This document shows, one piece after another, positions 63,964-64,000 of a DNA stretch of 64,000 nucleotides. The notes beneath the pieces were generated by a model that saw only the letters and a program-made list of their open reading frames with translations, searched no databases and was not told the origin of the DNA. The position numbers and the translations under genes were made by a program. This DNA is from an uncultured virus (IMG/VR IMGVR_UViG_3300037067_011978) (taxonomy: Duplodnaviria; Heunggongvirae; Uroviricota; Caudoviricetes), in IMG/VR virus record IMGVR_UViG_3300037067_011978. One strand, written 5' to 3'. Numbering within the stretch: position 1 is the first letter of the stretch; each line of letters starts with the position of its first letter.

Positions 63964-63967
63964 TCAA
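63533..63967 (-). CDS. N-terminal TM plus coiled-coil protein (i-spanin-like)
   Basis: KKILIYISIGIIVLLITFFGGF then coiled coil. Confidence 0.55.
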   Translation of the reverse strand: MNDKKILIYISIGIIVLLITFFGGFYTCFKIETDKYSIESFKYENSIKQSNDIIGKLNDGIAIERKRIIELERIKSESARRFELDYKKLEDRYRRETEIYRKLTTGNDEAGKIIFDIEQELSEIIEGTKSINMDSGNNGIDNGP

Positions 63968-64000
63968 TTTTTATTCCTTTACTCATCGCAAATAATTTAT

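Noticed and set aside
1..64000. Stop-codon reassignment
   Set aside because: Conserved genes are full-length in the standard code, TAA, TAG and TGA all end genes, and no suppressor tRNA is seen
1..64000. Bacterial chromosome or integrated prophage
   Set aside because: Host-like genes are interleaved with phage ORFs throughout; no integrase, att site or housekeeping operon is visible

Overview
This window is a 64-kb segment of a large, very AT-rich dsDNA bacteriophage genome, covering the early, accessory and replication regions. No capsid, tail or terminase genes are recognisable. Genes run on the minus strand to ~19.55 kb, on the plus strand from ~19.76 to 63.4 kb, and converge at a hairpin near 63.46 kb. 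The left arm encodes a Maf/DUF115-type glycosyltransferase, a CMP-nonulosonate synthetase-like enzyme, a sugar ABC importer (binding protein and two permeases, no ATPase in view), a split SbcC/Rad50 with SbcD, an RNA-ligase-like protein and a candidate structured ncRNA. The right arm encodes early-promoter cassettes, two tRNAs, a sigma-like factor and a Pol III-type replisome. Top candidate system: a cluster at 37.9-44.6 kb between helicase and clamp/polymerase (GNAT-like/DNA-methyltransferase fusion, radical-SAM-like protein, UDP-glucose dehydrogenase, UDP-xylose synthase, GREB1/TAGT-like glycosyltransferase, SAM methyltransferase). It suggests DNA hypermodification with xylose or glucuronate. 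Also notable is a ~2-kb apparent capture of a bacterial defence island (Abi 3' fragment, intact ABC/AAA ATPase, truncated partner) behind an early promoter. All functional calls come from reading motifs by eye; no searches were run. Many short hypothetical ORFs are not listed individually.
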